Both the position numbers and the translations under genes were made by a program. The notes beneath the pieces were generated by a model, which was not told where the DNA came from, ran no database searches, and saw only the letters and a list, made by a program, of their open reading frames with translations. This document shows positions 60,814-64,000 of a stretch of 64,000 bases of DNA, piece after piece (the stretch's first letter is position 1; each line of letters starts with the position of its first letter). The stretch is from contig CAVYNY010000010.1 of assembly GCA_963769935.1 (NCBI GenBank), positions 448,001 through 512,000 of the forward strand. Direction: 5' to 3'. The DNA is from an uncultured delta proteobacterium. GTDB taxonomy: Bacteria; Desulfobacterota; Desulfobacteria; Desulfobacterales; JAFDCJ01.

Positions 60814-61657
60814 GTGAACACCAAAGTCCGTGTCCTGCTGGTTGATGATGAGGAGTCCTTTGCAGTGAACCTGAGCCGGCTCCTGCAAAACAGGAACTTT
60901 GAAGTGGTCACCGCCTTCGATGGGTTTCAGGCACTCGAGGCTGTCCGCAGCGCAGACGCCTTCGACGTCGCGGTGCTGGACGTCAAAATGCCCGGCATGG
61001 ACGGCACGGCAACCTTGAAAGCGATTAAAAAACAGTCCCCCCAGACCGAAATCATCATGCTGACCGGCCACGCGACGTTGAAATCCGGCATTCAGGCCAT
61101 CCGGGAAGGTGCCTTCGATTATCTCATGAAACCCTGCGACATCGAAGATCTGGCGACGAAGATACGCGAAGCATATGATGTCGAAACCATCAGACGGCAT
61201 CCGGTACTGTGGCCGCGCAACAAAGTCGAAGAAATCATCTGCTGCGCCTTTGAGCGGTTGGACCCGGATGCCCGGCTGGCGGAGGCGCTGGAGGTTTTTA
61301 AACCGGAAAACGGCACGCGGACGTCGGAAACGGCCTATATCCTGGACAACCAGGACCGGCTGCTGGGGTTCATTACCCGGCGGGATCTGATGGAGGCCGC
61401 CCGGGAAACCGAGCCCGGAATTTTCGTTAACCTGGAACGCCTTGCGTGAAAACCCCCATTGGCTCCCTCCCAAGAGACTGCGGGACGTTATGCACACCCG
61501 GCTTTTCCATTGCCGGCCGGATGAACGCCTCTCGGATGTTGCCTACCAGATGATCACCAAAAGGTATCGAACCATGCCGGTTGTCGATCAGGGCAAGGTT
61601 GTGGGCGTTGTCAGGCTGCAGGATATCTTTCTACACCTGGAGCATGAAATCGAGTAG
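60814..61657 (+). CDS. Response regulator with CBS pair (frameshift near 61440)
   Basis: LLVDDE, DVKMPGMDG, KP receiver, followed by CBS motifs split over two frames. Confidence 0.85.
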
Positions 61658-61763
61658 AACATCCCGGTCCAGCTCTGTGGTGAAAAAATATTACTTCGAA
61701 TACGCCATCATAATTATGAATATGAGTAAGAGTATTAGGTAAGCTGCGGGAGGCCAGGCAGGC

Positions 61764-63456
61764 ATGGATGAATTTCTGAATATACGCTGTCCCAGGAGCG
61801 CTCCGGCGATTTTCCTTATTTTCGCCGCACATGGAATACCGTGGTCGTCACGCTGCTGGCCGCGGCCTTTGTACCGCTGATCATCATCGGCGGCGGCAAT
61901 GTATTCCTATCTCACTTGGGTTATCAAGCAAAAGACTGTTGCCACCCTGCGGGTGGATGCGCTCGATCTCAAGAATGCGGTCGATCAATTTCTGGCGGAA
62001 CGGACCATGGATCTGAAGCTGATATCCGAAAATATCGGGTCTGCGCAGCCTGCGCGATCCGCAGACCCTGCAAAATGTCTTTCACTCCCTGCAGCAGCAG
62101 TTGCCCTGCTATACGGACCTGGGGGTCATCGATGATCAGGGCCGTCATCTGGCCTATGCGGGCCCTTATGATCTTTTAGGGAAAAATTACCGGCAGGCCG
62201 ACTGGTTTGAAATCGCAATGGCCCGCGGCGTATACATCAGCGATGTCTATTTGGGATACCGCAATACCCCCCACTTCGTCATCGCCGTCAAAGCAGGCCG
62301 GCAGTGACGGCGCCTGGCTTCTGCGCGCTACGATCGACACCGATTATTTCCATCGCATGATCGCCGCCATCGCTGAAAAGAGCAATGCCGACGCCTATCT
62401 CGTAAATCGCCGGGGTGTCTATCAGAGCAGGCCCCGTTCGACCGGACAGTTAATGGAGCAGTCCCGGTTTACGGATCTCAAGCCGTTTGAGGGAGTCGCA
62501 TTTCGAGAAGCAAACGATCATCTGTTGATGACCGTCTGGCTGGAAAAGGTCCCCTGGCTGTGTGCCGTCCGGATGGATCGCAAAAATGCCTTCGCCGAGC
62601 TCAGGCGCATTCGTATGATCGGCATCTGGGTCTTCGTGCTGGCAGCCATCCTGATCGTGATGAGCGTGCTGCTGACCACCAACCATCTGGTGTCCCGCCT
62701 GGAAGTCAAACGCCGCAGCATCCGCTTTCTGGACCGCCAGCTGCGCCAGTCCAATCGTCTGGCGTCGGCCATGGAATTGGCCCTCGGATTTTTCCGGGAA
62801 ATAAAAGACGGCCTGGCAAATATCGATGCGGCCGCCATGAACATCCAGGATCTGTGCCGCAGCAATCCGGCGGCGGAAATAACCGAGAGCCTCTCGCAGC
62901 TTCGATCGGAAACGGCCCGCGCCGCAGGTCCATCGATAAATTCCTGCGGTTCACCCGCAGCACCGAACCGATCGTCAAGGCGCTGAATGTAAACGAAGTG
63001 CTCGATGATTTGGTCGAATTGGTGGACAAAGAACTGCGCTTCAACAACATCCGGCTGGTCCGCAACTATGAAGATTCCCTGCCTGCCATCCGCAGCGATC
63101 CTGCCGGCCTGCGCCAGGTCTTTCAGAATCTGATCCTCAATGCCGTGGCCGCCATTCAGACCAACGGCGAAATCTCGCTGACAACCCGGCGACAGGCCGA
63201 CAATGTGGTGGTAGCGGTCGCCGATAGCGGTCCGGGAATCGCCGCGGAGCATCTTGCAAAGATCTTTGAACCGCTGTTTACCACCAAGCCCGGCGGAACG
63301 GGTTTAGGGCTGCCGATCTGCGCCGACATCCTAAAGCGTTTGGGCGGGCGGATTGCCGTGCACAATCCGCCGGAAGGCGGAGCCTGCTTTGTGGTAAGTC
63401 TTCCGATTCAATTCAACCCTCACCCGGATGAATTGGAACCAAAAAGAACAAATTAA
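61764..63456 (+). CDS. Cache-domain sensor histidine kinase (several frameshifts)
   Basis: Pieces DLGVID..YAGPYDL..ISDVYLGYR, TM, NLILNA, DSGPGI, FEPLFTTK..GTGLGL; start approximate. Confidence 0.8.
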
Positions 63457-63579
63457 TCACGAAAGCACGAAAGGACGAAAACACGAAAAAGCAGTAATAT
63501 TTTCCACCGCAGAGGCGCCAGGCTTCGCTAAAGCTAAGACCCGACAAGCAGAGATCGCAAAGAGTGATTATTTTTTATT

Positions 63580-64000
63580 ATGATAAAACGGGAAAACCTC
63601 AAACAAGCCATCGAAGAAATTTCAAAGCGCGATCCCGCCATCGGGTATTCCCTGGATGCCATGCTCGGGGCGGGCGAAATCGGAGTGCCGGATAAAACCG
63701 ACTGCCGGCAATGGGGCCGACGAGCTTTTTTTTCTCTTCAAAGGTCAGCCCGTTTTTGTCAAAAAATATCTGTATTTCCATGAAGGTACCGTCCCGCTCG
63801 AACAGCAGCTGCTCATCAAATACGGGGAGCTGGTTAAAAAGCAGGAACTGCAGGACAAGCTCCGGCCCCGTCGATTACCTCCGGGCCGCCGGCCAGATCC
63901 ACCGGGCCGCGCTCAAATTGATGGTCGGCCATGAGATCGATTATGCCGTCACCCGCCTCCGCAGCGAGCTGGCACAACTAAAACCCGGCAGCGATGAGCT
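63580..64000 (+). CDS. Hypothetical protein, frameshifted, runs off the window
   Basis: MIKRENLKQAIEEI.. continues as ..FFLFKGQPVFVKKYLYFHEG in another frame. Confidence 0.6.

Noticed and set aside
1..64000. tRNA, rRNA, prophage or integron integrase
   Set aside because: None recognised in the window.

Overview
Bacterial chromosomal window, most likely from a Desulfobacterota (Desulfobacterales-like) anaerobe. That assignment is an inference from gene content: many sigma-54 promoters, PilZ, DUF4388, TauE/CBS and NtrC clusters. Layout: (1) 1-14.3 kb holds small accessory and signalling genes (Lrp, PilZ proteins, SRAP-SUI1, cNMP-DUF4388, duplicated type IV pilins). (2) 14.5-19.7 kb is a ybhGFSR-type ABC exporter. 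(3) 21-26.4 kb is a DUF2760/Hsp70/Hsp70-DUF3731 operon. (4) 26.4-44.65 kb is a compositional mosaic of foreign modules: a GC-rich Zn-phospholipase C plus partner, an AT-rich PEP-mutase-like gene, a GC-rich G1 glutamic peptidase, YjhP, and three TA systems. These are interleaved with RAYT remnants, REP-like GGGTC/GGGAC ends, IS1634, IS1182, IS4 ends and integron attC sites with no integrase in the window. (5) 44.7-51.4 kb is a TetR-AcrAB-OprM RND pump. (6) 51.6-64 kb is a sigma-54/two-component, TauE and CBS cluster. Many single-base frameshifts in otherwise intact genes look like long-read sequencing errors. Best candidates for an undescribed system are the RAYT/REP-end-punctuated cassette mosaic, the membrane-anchored GrpE-like plus dual Hsp70 operon, and the leaderless PLC-plus-partner module. 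All calls are by eye from motifs; no database searches were run.
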